This document shows, one piece after another, positions 56,636 through 64,000 of a stretch of 64,000 nt of DNA (its first letter is position 1; each line of letters begins with the position of its first letter). The notes beneath the pieces are model-generated. The model made no database searches. It was not told where the DNA came from and was given only the letters and a program-made list of their open reading frames with translations. The position numbers and the translations under genes were made by a program. The stretch covers positions 4,081 through 68,080 of the forward strand of contig CAYRHX010000004.1 of the NCBI GenBank assembly GCA_964424265.1. Direction: 5' to 3'. The stretch is from an uncultured Candidatus Saccharibacteria bacterium. Lineage in GTDB: Bacteria > Patescibacteriota > Minisyncoccia > Phycocordibacterales > UBA2100.

Positions 56636-57666
56636 GCGGAAATTATACCATTACTTTTTCCCACCTGTCTTTTGCTCAATAATGACAACAAATTCTCCGT
56701 CAGCATCCACGCATTCCCATGCTCCAACATACCCGCATAAGATTGTATCGTCGGGCTTTCTTTCTCAAGTCTTGAGACACGTTTCTGCATCCTCCTCTTC
56801 GTACTCGTGCGAAGAACGCGATGATCGGGAAAGTGCACCCACCCGAGGAAATCAATGCCGGATGCGAAGGTCTGAATGGATACCTTATCGGGATGCAACG
56901 CAAGGCTGAGCTTCGCATCAAGAAACGTCTGGATGCGCGGCAGCAGTACTTCGAGGTCCGAACGTGAGGCAGAGAGAATCACAAAATCATCCGCATACCG
57001 AACGTAATGGTTTATTCGAAGCCGATGCTTCACGAATTGGTCAAATTCATTCATGTATACGTTCACGAGCAGCTGCGAGGTGAGGTTGCCGAGAGGCAGC
57101 CCTTTCCCTTCTTTGGTCGAATGAAAGCTACCGATGACTTCGGCGACAAGGGCGCAGATCCTCTCGTCAGGAATATAACGACCTACGATGTCGTTAATGA
57201 TGCGGTGGTCAATCGAGGCGAAGAACTTCTTGATGTCGCACTTGAGTACCCAGCACGTGCGGGTGTGGTTGCGGGAGACTTTCGCGGCAAGCTGCATGAA
57301 GCGTCCCATCGCTCGATGTGTTCCCTTTCCCTTCCTACATGAATATGAATCTGCGATCCATGTGCGGTCGAAGAATGGGTACAGTTTCCTGTACAGAGCG
57401 TGATGCAATAGTCGATCACGAACTGTCGCCTTGTGGATGTCTCGGGGCTTCGGATCGCTGATCTTGAATGCCTCGTACAGCCCGTGACGATACTTCCCAC
57501 CCGTAAGGTCACAATGGAGTGCGAAGACGTTGCCCATCAACTTGTATTGAAACTCTTGCACGTCTTGCTTCTTGCGTTTGCCTCTCACAAACTCCTTCCA
57601 TGCTGCGAGGAGATTCTCTACGCAAATGATATCCTCGTAGGTATGAGTGAGTTGGATGCGAGCCAT
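56632..57666 (-). CDS. Diversity-generating retroelement reverse transcriptase
   Basis: 344 aa. DGR-diagnostic LPLGNLTSQLLVNVYM ((I/L)GxxxSQ replacing QGxxxSP). Catalytic YVRYADDFVIL. TR located 418 bp upstream on the same strand. Confidence 0.9.
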   Translation of the reverse strand: MARIQLTHTYEDIICVENLLAAWKEFVRGKRKKQDVQEFQYKLMGNVFALHCDLTGGKYRHGLYEAFKISDPKPRDIHKATVRDRLLHHALYRKLYPFFDRTWIADSYSCRKGKGTHRAMGRFMQLAAKVSRNHTRTCWVLKCDIKKFFASIDHRIINDIVGRYIPDERICALVAEVIGSFHSTKEGKGLPLGNLTSQLLVNVYMNEFDQFVKHRLRINHYVRYADDFVILSASRSDLEVLLPRIQTFLDAKLSLALHPDKVSIQTFASGIDFLGWVHFPDHRVLRTSTKRRMQKRVSRLEKESPTIQSYAGMLEHGNAWMLTENLLSLLSKRQVGKSNGIISA

Positions 57667-57722
57667 CCCAGAAACCGTACCCCCCCCCCGCCCGATTCCG
57701 CAACAACAATTCGTGCCCGTCG

Positions 57723-58069
57723 TATCTAAACTTAAAGACGCATATCTAATCTGGCAAAGCTTTCTTCCCCATGTCGCGAAAGCTCATCGGCAAACGATTG
57801 CACACAGGATCGATACAGAGCTTTTAGAAACGCTGTCGTCGAGTTTTAGAGCTGCTTATCTAAAAGATGAGCGGAAGATTGCCGCTATAGAAGCCGCTCT
57901 TGCACGACTTGATCTTGCAAAATTCTTTTTGATTATTGGTTGGGAAATGAAAATGTTGACGGATTCACAATACGCACAGATCTCAGAGTATCTCGTGGAG
58001 GCAAGCAAAATGCTGGTGGGATGGAAAAACTATCTTGAAAAGAAAACTCCCGCGCAACGAGAACGTTGA
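57723..58069 (+). CDS. avd: Avd-like accessory variability determinant (four-helix-bundle / 23S rRNA IVS-protein family)
   Basis: About 115 aa from GTG 57723 (alternative ATG at 57656 would overlap the RT start head-to-head). C-terminal ISEYLVEASKMLVGWKNYLEKK matches the Avd hallmark (E.G+mLGGW.k). Sits between RT and TR but on the opposite strand. Confidence 0.65.
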
Positions 58070-58083
58070 TGGGAGAAAGACGT

Positions 58084-58197
58084 GAGTTTCTGACAACAAG
58101 GCGATTCTCGCGATTCCAGACGTTGTCGTTGTCGAGCGAGTTCACGTTGCGGTTCCACTGCCTGCCATTGCGATTCGCGTAGGCCACGGAGACTTTT
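58084..58197 (-). repeat. DGR template repeat (TR)
   Basis: 114-bp alignment with 58461-58574. All 21 mismatches (18 in the 58084-58193 core, plus 58194-58196) are at T on the plus strand, i.e. A on the minus/TR-sense strand. No non-A substitutions. Encodes Asn-rich ...VSVAYANRNGRQWNRNVNSLDNDNVWNRENRLVVRNS. Confidence 0.9.
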
Positions 58198-58415
58198 GTA
58201 CTCTGCGCCATCTGTACCACCGCCCATTGAGTTCTCTCCAGGCTGTATCTGATGCGGGGTCGTGAGCCCTCGAGCGTAGAGCACCAACTCATTTCTTTTT
58301 TGCGGGAATTGCACCCGAAACCTCGCCATTCCAAGCCAAAATAATAATTTGGGCCGAAAATGCCAGCGTGTTCTAAATAATTGTACCCCACCCGCGCGAT
58401 TGCGGATGGGGTACG

Positions 58416-58460
58416 GGACGCTCGAAGAAAGTGACCAAGGGTCACAGGTTCGAAGCGTCC
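58416..58460. promoter_or_regulatory. Nested GC hairpin immediately 3' of VR (DGR hairpin/cruciform-like). Second hairpin at 58383-58414.
   Basis: gtgacc-aag-ggtcac (58431-58445) nested within ggacgctcgaag...cttcgaagcgtcc arms. Adjacent gtacccca...tggggtac hairpin (58383-58414). Target gene stop codon lies inside the hairpin. Confidence 0.6.
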
Positions 58461-59083
58461 GAGTTGCTGACAACAAGGCGATGCCCGCGATCCCAGACGC
58501 GGCCGTGGCCGAGCGAGTACACGTCGCGGAGCCACTGCCTGCCACCGCGACCCGCGTAGGCCACGGAGACCGATCCGTCTGCGTTTTCGACGGGAAAGAA
58601 GTTGGCGAATCCGTCGGTTCGGAAGCCGAAGTCCTCACCGCCCTCCTGCTTCTTGACGAACTTCTCCTGCTTCTCGATCATCAGATCGATTTTCTGGGAG
58701 GCCAGTGTATGGCCTCCCTGCTTGAGGCGATTGGCGATCTCCTCGATCGTCGCGGTTTCGGGCAGCTTGAGGAGCGCGCGGAACATTTGCGCGAACATCA
58801 TGTTTTGACGGAGTCCGAATGTGGTCACCGACGTCGACCCGAGCGTCGTCTGCTTGACCGCGACGAACAGCGAGGGCTTTGGTTCGGAAGCCGCTGCCGG
58901 ATCCTTCGGGGCAAGAAGCTGGTCGAAGGCAACGGCAAGCAGCTCTTGAAGCTCGGCCCCCCTGGTATTGCAAGTCTTGATAACCTGGGCCGGATCACGA
59001 CCCTCGACCACTTGGGCGAGCGCTTTCGCGACTGGCCCGATGACTTCCGCGAATTGCGGGTTAGTGAAGGCTGTTCCACCCAT
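58442..59083 (-). CDS. DGR target protein (variable C-terminal about 38 aa)
   Basis: 213 aa. VR occupies the last about 38 codons. GAGGG RBS-like motif 8 nt upstream of ATG. No obvious signal peptide. Confidence 0.8.
   Translation of the reverse strand: MGGTAFTNPQFAEVIGPVAKALAQVVEGRDPAQVIKTCNTRGAELQELLAVAFDQLLAPKDPAAASEPKPSLFVAVKQTTLGSTSVTTFGLRQNMMFAQMFRALLKLPETATIEEIANRLKQGGHTLASQKIDLMIEKQEKFVKKQEGGEDFGFRTDGFANFFPVENADGSVSVAYAGRGGRQWLRDVYSLGHGRVWDRGHRLVVSNSDASNL
58461..58574 (-). repeat. DGR variable repeat (VR) within 3' end of target gene
   Basis: Counterpart of the TR. Encodes ...VSVAYAGRGGRQWLRDVYSLGHGRVWDRGHRLVVSNS. AAC/AAT codons of the TR appear as GGT/CTC/GAC/TAC/CAC/CGC/GAT/CAT. 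Confidence 0.9.
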
Positions 59084-59254
59084 GGTGGCTGTTCCCTCTG
59101 ATGCTGCCGCATGATTGCGTTTAAGGCATTGTCGATTGACTTTGCCACAGCGGAAAAAGGCCTATTTTAAGCCGCTTTCCGCCATGGCAAAATCCACCTT
59201 TTCTCAAAGAACGAGGGTAAATTTATACCACGAGATTTAGGTATCTCCAAATTT

Positions 59255-59974
59255 TCATTTTGTTTTTGAGCGAGAGCGGATTTCAATGATGACAACAAAC
59301 TCACCCCGGACACCTTTCTTTTTCTCCAACCGATCTGCTAGTTCGAGCGGCGTACCGACGAGCACTTCTTCGTGCATTTTAGTGATCTCACGCGCAATGG
59401 TCACACGAGCGTTCGGAATGAATTTTTCGATTTCAGAAAGTAGCTTGATGACTCGGTGCGGTGACTCGTAGAGCACGACTGTATATTCTGAAGTTGCGAT
59501 CTTTTTGAGTGCGGTCTGCCTTCCCTTCTTATGCGGAAGAAATCCCAGAAACGTAAAAGCGTCTCCTGTCATTCCCGCAATCGAGAGCGCGGCGGTAAGT
59601 GCGGACGGTCCTGGGATCGCATCGATCTTTGCTTCTGGAAGATTCTCGCGGATATACGCGACCAATCGCGCACCCGGATCAGAGACCCCAGGCGTTCCAG
59701 CATCGGAAACGTACACTACGTGTTCTCCCTTCTCAAGCCGATCAGCAATTTCTTTTGCCTTCGTGACTTCGGTCGATGCGTCGAGTCGAAATACCGACGT
59801 GCGAAGTCCGTAATGCGCGAGAAGCTTCGCAATCACGCGCGTGTCTTCAGCATAAATCGCATGTGCCTCTTTCAGATTCCATAATCCTCGAAAGGTAATA
59901 TCTCCCATGTTGCCAATGGGCGTCGCAACTATCGAAAGAGTGCCGGTGGTCGAAGAATCGTGCTCGTTCATCAA
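59255..59974 (-). CDS. rsmI: 16S rRNA (cytidine1402-2'-O)-methyltransferase
   Basis: 239 aa. LSIVATPIGNMGDITFRGLWNLKEAHAIYAEDTR is the RsmI/tetrapyrrole-methylase-fold signature. Confidence 0.85.
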   Translation of the reverse strand: MMNEHDSSTTGTLSIVATPIGNMGDITFRGLWNLKEAHAIYAEDTRVIAKLLAHYGLRTSVFRLDASTEVTKAKEIADRLEKGEHVVYVSDAGTPGVSDPGARLVAYIRENLPEAKIDAIPGPSALTAALSIAGMTGDAFTFLGFLPHKKGRQTALKKIATSEYTVVLYESPHRVIKLLSEIEKFIPNARVTIAREITKMHEEVLVGTPLELADRLEKKKGVRGEFVVIIEIRSRSKTK

Positions 59975-59980
59975 TCCACA

Positions 59981-61264
59981 CTACTCCCCTACAATCTGTT
60001 CTGCAACCTTGTAGATGTCACCCGCACCCATCGTAATAACGAGAGCATCTGTTTCCTCGAGTAAGCGACCTCGAATCTCATCGAATGAATCGATAGCCTC
60101 TACATCTCCCCCTAGCTTCTGCGCCGCCTCTGCGAGAATGCGATGCGAGACAGTGGGATCGAGCGTCTCGCGTGCCGCATAAATAGGAGCAACAAACGCC
60201 ACGTCCGCTGTCGCAAGTGCACCGGCAAACTCGTGGAGCAGCGATTTGGTACGGCTATAGAGGTGCGGATGGAAGGCGACGACGATCTTTTTACCGGTGA
60301 ACCTTTCGCGTGCCGCTTCAATGGTCTTCGCAATCGCGGTGGGATGGTGCGCGTAGTCATCGTACACGAGAGCACCATTCGGCGTCTCCCCCTTATATTC
60401 AAATCGTCGCCACGAACCCTTAAAACCCTCAAGGGCGAGATCCGCGACATCGCCGGGAATATCTGGAAACGCCACTAATGCGGCAGTCTTCGCAGCCCGC
60501 GCGTTCATGCGATTAAACTCACCAATCTGAGAAAGCGCCGGCACGTCGATTCGAGTATGGTCGATGACTTTCGCACGAATATTTTTGAGAACGGGAGCAA
60601 TGTTCTCATCGTTTGGATCGGCGATAATACATCCGTGCGCGGGTATTTTCTCCGCGGCTGCTCTAAACGTCTCTTGCAATGCTGCGAGATCGGGGAAGTA
60701 ATCGGTATGGTCAAGCTCGATGTTGGTAATGACAAGAATTTCCGGTGAGAGCTTGAGGATGTGATCACGATACTCGCACGCCTCAACAACAAAAAGGTCG
60801 GACTGGCCCGGGAGAAAATTTGATCCAAAATCGCGCACGATGGAACCGACGATCGCGGTGGGTTCTTTCTTTGCCTGCGCCAAAATGAGGGCGAGCATGC
60901 CGGTCGTCGTTGTCTTCCCGTGCGTCCCGGCGACTGCAATCGTCCGCGCACCATCTGAAACCGCACCAAGCGCTTCAAAATAGGACATCTCAGGAATTCC
61001 CATCTCGCGCGCTCGCGTGCGCTCGACATTGCTCTCTGGTATCGCGTCGCTATATACAAGAAGCTCAGCGTCGGCGGGAATATTGCATTGATCGTGCCCT
61101 ATCACCACGTCAATCCCAACTTCCGCGAGCATGACAGTAACGGGCGATTCGTCTCGATCCGACCCACTGACCTTGCGCCCAGTGTGTTTCAAAAATTGCG
61201 CGAGCGCCGACATTCCAATGCCCCCGATGCCGACCATGTATATCGAATCAGGTACCTGCATCAT
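59981..61264 (-). CDS. murC: UDP-N-acetylmuramate--L-alanine ligase
   Basis: 427 aa. IYMVGIGGIGMSALAQFLKHTGRKVSGSD...AVAGTHGKTTTTGMLA. Confidence 0.9.
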   Translation of the reverse strand: MMQVPDSIYMVGIGGIGMSALAQFLKHTGRKVSGSDRDESPVTVMLAEVGIDVVIGHDQCNIPADAELLVYSDAIPESNVERTRAREMGIPEMSYFEALGAVSDGARTIAVAGTHGKTTTTGMLALILAQAKKEPTAIVGSIVRDFGSNFLPGQSDLFVVEACEYRDHILKLSPEILVITNIELDHTDYFPDLAALQETFRAAAEKIPAHGCIIADPNDENIAPVLKNIRAKVIDHTRIDVPALSQIGEFNRMNARAAKTAALVAFPDIPGDVADLALEGFKGSWRRFEYKGETPNGALVYDDYAHHPTAIAKTIEAARERFTGKKIVVAFHPHLYSRTKSLLHEFAGALATADVAFVAPIYAARETLDPTVSHRILAEAAQKLGGDVEAIDSFDEIRGRLLEETDALVITMGAGDIYKVAEQIVGE

Positions 61265-61306
61265 TTCAGACTATCATGTCCCGACGAAACGATATACAAT
61301 CGGACT

Positions 61307-61570
61307 ATGAGCAAAGGCGAGAAGAAACCAAAATTCAATTTCGAAGAATTGAAAGCAGCCGCCACGAGCGCGGACGCAAAAATCCGGAAAAGAGTTTTTG
61401 AAGAATACTTTGAACAATTCGAAGAATTCCCGTCCTACCTCTTCGACAACACCAACGGCATCGATAGTCGACTCCAGGAGACAATAGAGGATCTGAAAAA
61501 AGATCCGGATACGTCGAAAAGCCTGCAGAAAGGAATCCTCGCCCTCATGCAGCGTCTTCCATCGTCCTAA
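61307..61570 (+). CDS. Small hypothetical protein (87 aa, acidic/helical)
   Basis: ATG at 61307. MSKGEKKPKFNFEELKAAATSADAKIRKRVFEEYFEQFEEF... Convergent with murD. Confidence 0.4.
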   Translation: MSKGEKKPKFNFEELKAAATSADAKIRKRVFEEYFEQFEEFPSYLFDNTNGIDSRLQETIEDLKKDPDTSKSLQKGILALMQRLPSS

Positions 61571-62900
61571 CTATCCCCAAAAACTGGTCGTTGCGCTCGT
61601 ATTCGTTTTTGAACATTCCAAACGACGCAAAAGCCGGACTGAAGAGAATGACCTCGCTTCTTTTGGTAACGGCAACATCCATTGCCTGCTGCAAGCTCCC
61701 CACTTCCTCATACGCAATCCCCGCCTCTTGCAAAACACCGACCAGTCGTGCGGAACCTTTGTAATTCGAGTGCATGAGTACAATAACGTGCGAAACATTT
61801 TTTTTGATTTCTGAAACAAGCTCCCCGAGCGGCAAATCCTTCTCCGAACCGCCTACAATAAGCGTACAGCTTCCTCCCACCGCACGCAGTGCCGCAATGG
61901 TGGCCTCGGGCGTCGTTGCGTTGTTGTCGTTGTAAATCTTTCCCCCCCCAACCTCGCGGACGAGTTGCAGGCGGCCTTCAACGCCTTCAAACGATTCGAC
62001 TCCTGCGCGTATTTCGTCCTCTGACAAACCAAGTGCAGAAAGCGCGGCGGCTGCAAGCGATGCATTCTCGCGGTTATGTGTACCGATGATTTTCAAACTC
62101 CAATCTGCGGGTATCGGATCGGGGACGAGCGGCGCGACCTCCGGTCGCGCCGCCTCCACGCGCTCCCGGACAGACGACCCAACAAACAAAGAATCTCCGC
62201 TTTTCTGAAACCGAAAAATATTCGCCTTGTCTGCAAAATACGCGTCCATGCTCGGATAATAATTTTGATGGTCCGGCATGAGATTGGTAAACACGGCAAT
62301 ATCGGGACTAATTTTCAAATCACCAAACCCCTGCAACTGCCACGAATCAAGCTCAAGCACGCAGATGTCACCAGCTCGAACATCGGGAAGCATAGCGAGT
62401 GTGGACTTACCGCGAATGTTGCCACCGAGAAAGATTTTTCTTTCTCGCCCCGAGCCCGGTCGAGGGGCTGCGCTTTTCAGCGCATAAAAAATCGCGTGCG
62501 TAACTGTTGATTTCCCTCGGGTACCGGTAACGCCGACAATCTGCGCTCCTGCCTCTCTGGCATATTTTGCAAAAAGCGCTGTCGACATATACACGGGCAC
62601 CTCCGCATCGCGCGCGGCAGCAATTTCTGGAGAGTCGAGCGGTATTCCCGCCGCTTTCACCACCATTTCGGTGTCGATAAAATCTTCCTTCCGATGACCG
62701 CCAAGATGGAATGTGACGTTCGGATACTTTTTTAACTTCTCAACCGATTCCATCAGTTCGGCCTCGCTTTTTTTATCAGTGACCGTCAGCTCAGCACCGC
62801 ACTGCGCCAAAAACTCAGCGTCCCCCACCCCACGCCCTAGCAGCCCAAGCCCAAGTAAAGTGATGCGCTTGCCTTTAAAAGACTCAGTATACTCTTCCAT
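61545..62900 (-). CDS. murD: UDP-N-acetylmuramoylalanine--D-glutamate ligase
   Basis: 451 aa. KRITLLGLGLLGRGVGDAEFLAQCGAELTVTD...VGVTGTRGKSTVTHAI. Confidence 0.9.
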   Translation of the reverse strand: MEEYTESFKGKRITLLGLGLLGRGVGDAEFLAQCGAELTVTDKKSEAELMESVEKLKKYPNVTFHLGGHRKEDFIDTEMVVKAAGIPLDSPEIAAARDAEVPVYMSTALFAKYAREAGAQIVGVTGTRGKSTVTHAIFYALKSAAPRPGSGRERKIFLGGNIRGKSTLAMLPDVRAGDICVLELDSWQLQGFGDLKISPDIAVFTNLMPDHQNYYPSMDAYFADKANIFRFQKSGDSLFVGSSVRERVEAARPEVAPLVPDPIPADWSLKIIGTHNRENASLAAAALSALGLSEDEIRAGVESFEGVEGRLQLVREVGGGKIYNDNNATTPEATIAALRAVGGSCTLIVGGSEKDLPLGELVSEIKKNVSHVIVLMHSNYKGSARLVGVLQEAGIAYEEVGSLQQAMDVAVTKRSEVILFSPAFASFGMFKNEYERNDQFLGIVRTMEDAA

Positions 62901-62944
62901 AAAGCCACTATAACATTCGCTGCCTTACGATTATCTCCGAAAGT

Positions 62945-63092
62945 TTCCACGCATTCCCATGTTCCAACATCCCCAGATACGAAGCCACCACATTTCAATT
63001 TCCGGATGCGATGGCATGAATAGATACCTTTTAGCTTACGAATCCACTCATCCGAAATATAACGACCTACGATGTCGTTAATGACACAAAAC
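62945..63092 (-). pseudogene. Heavily deleted remnant of a second DGR-type reverse transcriptase (3' end fragments)
   Basis: Three collinear segments match the RT gene 3' region: 62945-62979 vs 56705-56739, 62996-63032 vs 56851-56887, 63053-63083 vs 57169-57199. About 500 bp of RT collapsed to about 150 bp. Confidence 0.6.
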
Positions 63093-63096
63093 GAAA

Positions 63097-63138
63097 ACCC
63101 TCGGGCCCAAAGTACAGAAGTACAGAGGGTCCGAGGGT
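63097..63138 (-). terminator. GC-rich hairpin (12-bp stem, 18-nt loop) immediately 3' of gene 63161-63931. Terminator and/or DGR-type VR-flanking hairpin.
   Basis: accctcgggccc...gggtccgagggt (one mismatch). On the minus strand it is followed by TTTCGTTTTGTG. Confidence 0.5.
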
Positions 63139-63160
63139 CAGACGCACGAAGGGCAGAAGT

Positions 63161-63931
63161 TCAGATTGCGAGGAGCGGGGAGACATTGGCGCGATAGCGA
63201 CCAAGGACGAGCCAGCCGCAGCCCCAGCACCACGAGCCGCCGCCGCGGCGGCGGTAGAGGCACAGGAAGTACCGGCGGCCGCCCGAGCTGCGCAGCGCGG
63301 TTGCGAATTCCATCCACGAAATTCCGTGCGTATCGTAGAGGAACCGCAATGTTACTTGACCCTTCTCGTCGAGGAGGGCTTGTCCCACCCCCGCGTCGAG
63401 GCGGATTCGCGGGTCGGCCTTCATCCGATCGAGCTTCTCCTCCCCTGTGATGCGAGTCTCTCCCTCCTTGAGAAAGTGCCCGAACCCGACTTTCGAGAAG
63501 TCGATTTCGGTCAAGCCGAGCGAGCGAGGATCTTGATCCTCGTCGCCCTCCAGACCGCCCCCATCGATCGGACCCCGCCAGATGCGCGATCCTTGACCAA
63601 GAAATCTGACGGGGTCGAAAGGTTTCGAGCGATCAATAACAAGGACGCTCGTGCCTTTTATCGTGAGGCGGCAGCCATTGTTGAGGAAGACAGTAAAGCG
63701 CCGCCCCAATTCTTCCCGCGATAACGCGATGACGTTTTGTTGGAGAGGATCGTGCTCAATCGACCCCCACTTGGTGTCGGTCGAGAAGCGCGCGATGAGT
63801 TCGCGGCTCTGGTCGCCTGATGCAACTTTCATCATTACCTCCATTTGCGCTGGACCATCCTCGCACGGGACTGTGCAAGGTAGGCTGGACGCACGCTGCG
63901 GCAACTTTTCACCGCAGGACAGAAAGGCCAC
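63161..63931 (-). CDS. Hypothetical protein with VR-like Gly/Arg/Trp-rich C-terminus (candidate second DGR target)
   Basis: 256 aa. C-terminus GGRRYFLCLYRRRGGGSWCWGCGWLVLGRYRANVSP resembles diversified C-type-lectin-fold VR tails (RGGSW....R.A.R...P). No cognate TR found in the window. Confidence 0.45.
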   Translation of the reverse strand: MAFLSCGEKLPQRASSLPCTVPCEDGPAQMEVMMKVASGDQSRELIARFSTDTKWGSIEHDPLQQNVIALSREELGRRFTVFLNNGCRLTIKGTSVLVIDRSKPFDPVRFLGQGSRIWRGPIDGGGLEGDEDQDPRSLGLTEIDFSKVGFGHFLKEGETRITGEEKLDRMKADPRIRLDAGVGQALLDEKGQVTLRFLYDTHGISWMEFATALRSSGGRRYFLCLYRRRGGGSWCWGCGWLVLGRYRANVSPLLAI

Positions 63932-64000
63932 AAAGCCCCTCTATTCTGCGGTGAATGCACGCTGGACTTTCAAAGAACAGTCCGAGATTATGCTATGAAA

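Noticed and set aside
57933-58638. Two long minus-strand ORFs (57933-58535 and 58030-58638) spanning the TR and its flanks
   Set aside because: Their only protein-like segment is the Asn-rich TR translation. They overlap the avd gene antisense and the VR hairpins. They are read-through artefacts of the TR reading frame, not genes.
58349-59101. 250-aa plus-strand ORF antisense to the DGR target gene
   Set aside because: It lies opposite the VR-containing ORF, whose identity is fixed by the TR/VR frame. Its composition is Arg/Gly/Leu-rich, typical of GC-rich antisense.
1-64000. CRISPR arrays, tRNA or rRNA genes
   Set aside because: No regularly spaced direct repeats and no tRNA T-arm/acceptor signatures were found on either strand. 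The only tandem repeats are the 20-nt duplication at 45446-45494 and the ctttgc x3 repeat at about 10527-10545.

Overview
64 kb window, GC roughly mid-50s %, densely coding and mostly on the minus strand. The gene content resembles a small-genome bacterium, possibly CPR/Patescibacteria-like; that is an inference from gene content only.

Four blocks are present:
(1) Housekeeping genes: an F-type ATP synthase partial operon (atpF-atpH-atpA-atpG, with no adjacent a/c subunit genes), gatB, secA, and later rsmI, murC and murD.
(2) A surface-glycan biosynthesis island of about 38 kb (11.0-48.9 kb). It contains: GDP-fucose (gmd/fcl) and dTDP-deoxyhexose (rmlB/rmlD) pathways; two NDP-hexose C-methyltransferases; several sugar O-methyltransferases; two FdtA-like ketoisomerase cupins; a nonulosonic-acid (NeuB-like) cassette with aminotransferase, SDR and CMP-sugar synthetase; a Wzx flippase; GtrA/Dpm1-like/GT-C membrane transferases; and many GT4/GT2 glycosyltransferases, several as unusual domain fusions.
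(3) An IS1595-family transposase relic in a 1.1 kb noncoding scar.
(4) A cell-envelope cluster: lamin-tail-domain protein, TraD/VirD4-like ATPase, L,D-transpeptidase/D,D-carboxypeptidase, and a glycoside-hydrolase-like TIM barrel.

The most striking element is a complete diversity-generating retroelement (DGR) at 56.6-59.1 kb. It has an RT carrying the LGxxxSQ motif, an Avd-like four-helix-bundle gene on the opposite strand, and a 114-bp TR/VR pair differing at 21 positions. All 21 are adenines on the TR coding strand, and the VR lies at the 3' end of a small target gene followed by nested GC hairpins.

A second candidate VR-bearing target gene (63.2-63.9 kb) is followed by a hairpin and a heavily deleted remnant of a second RT copy.

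Other notable points are a 20-bp tandem duplication that frameshifts an FkbM-family methyltransferase gene, and a bidirectional terminator in a 640-bp noncoding gap.
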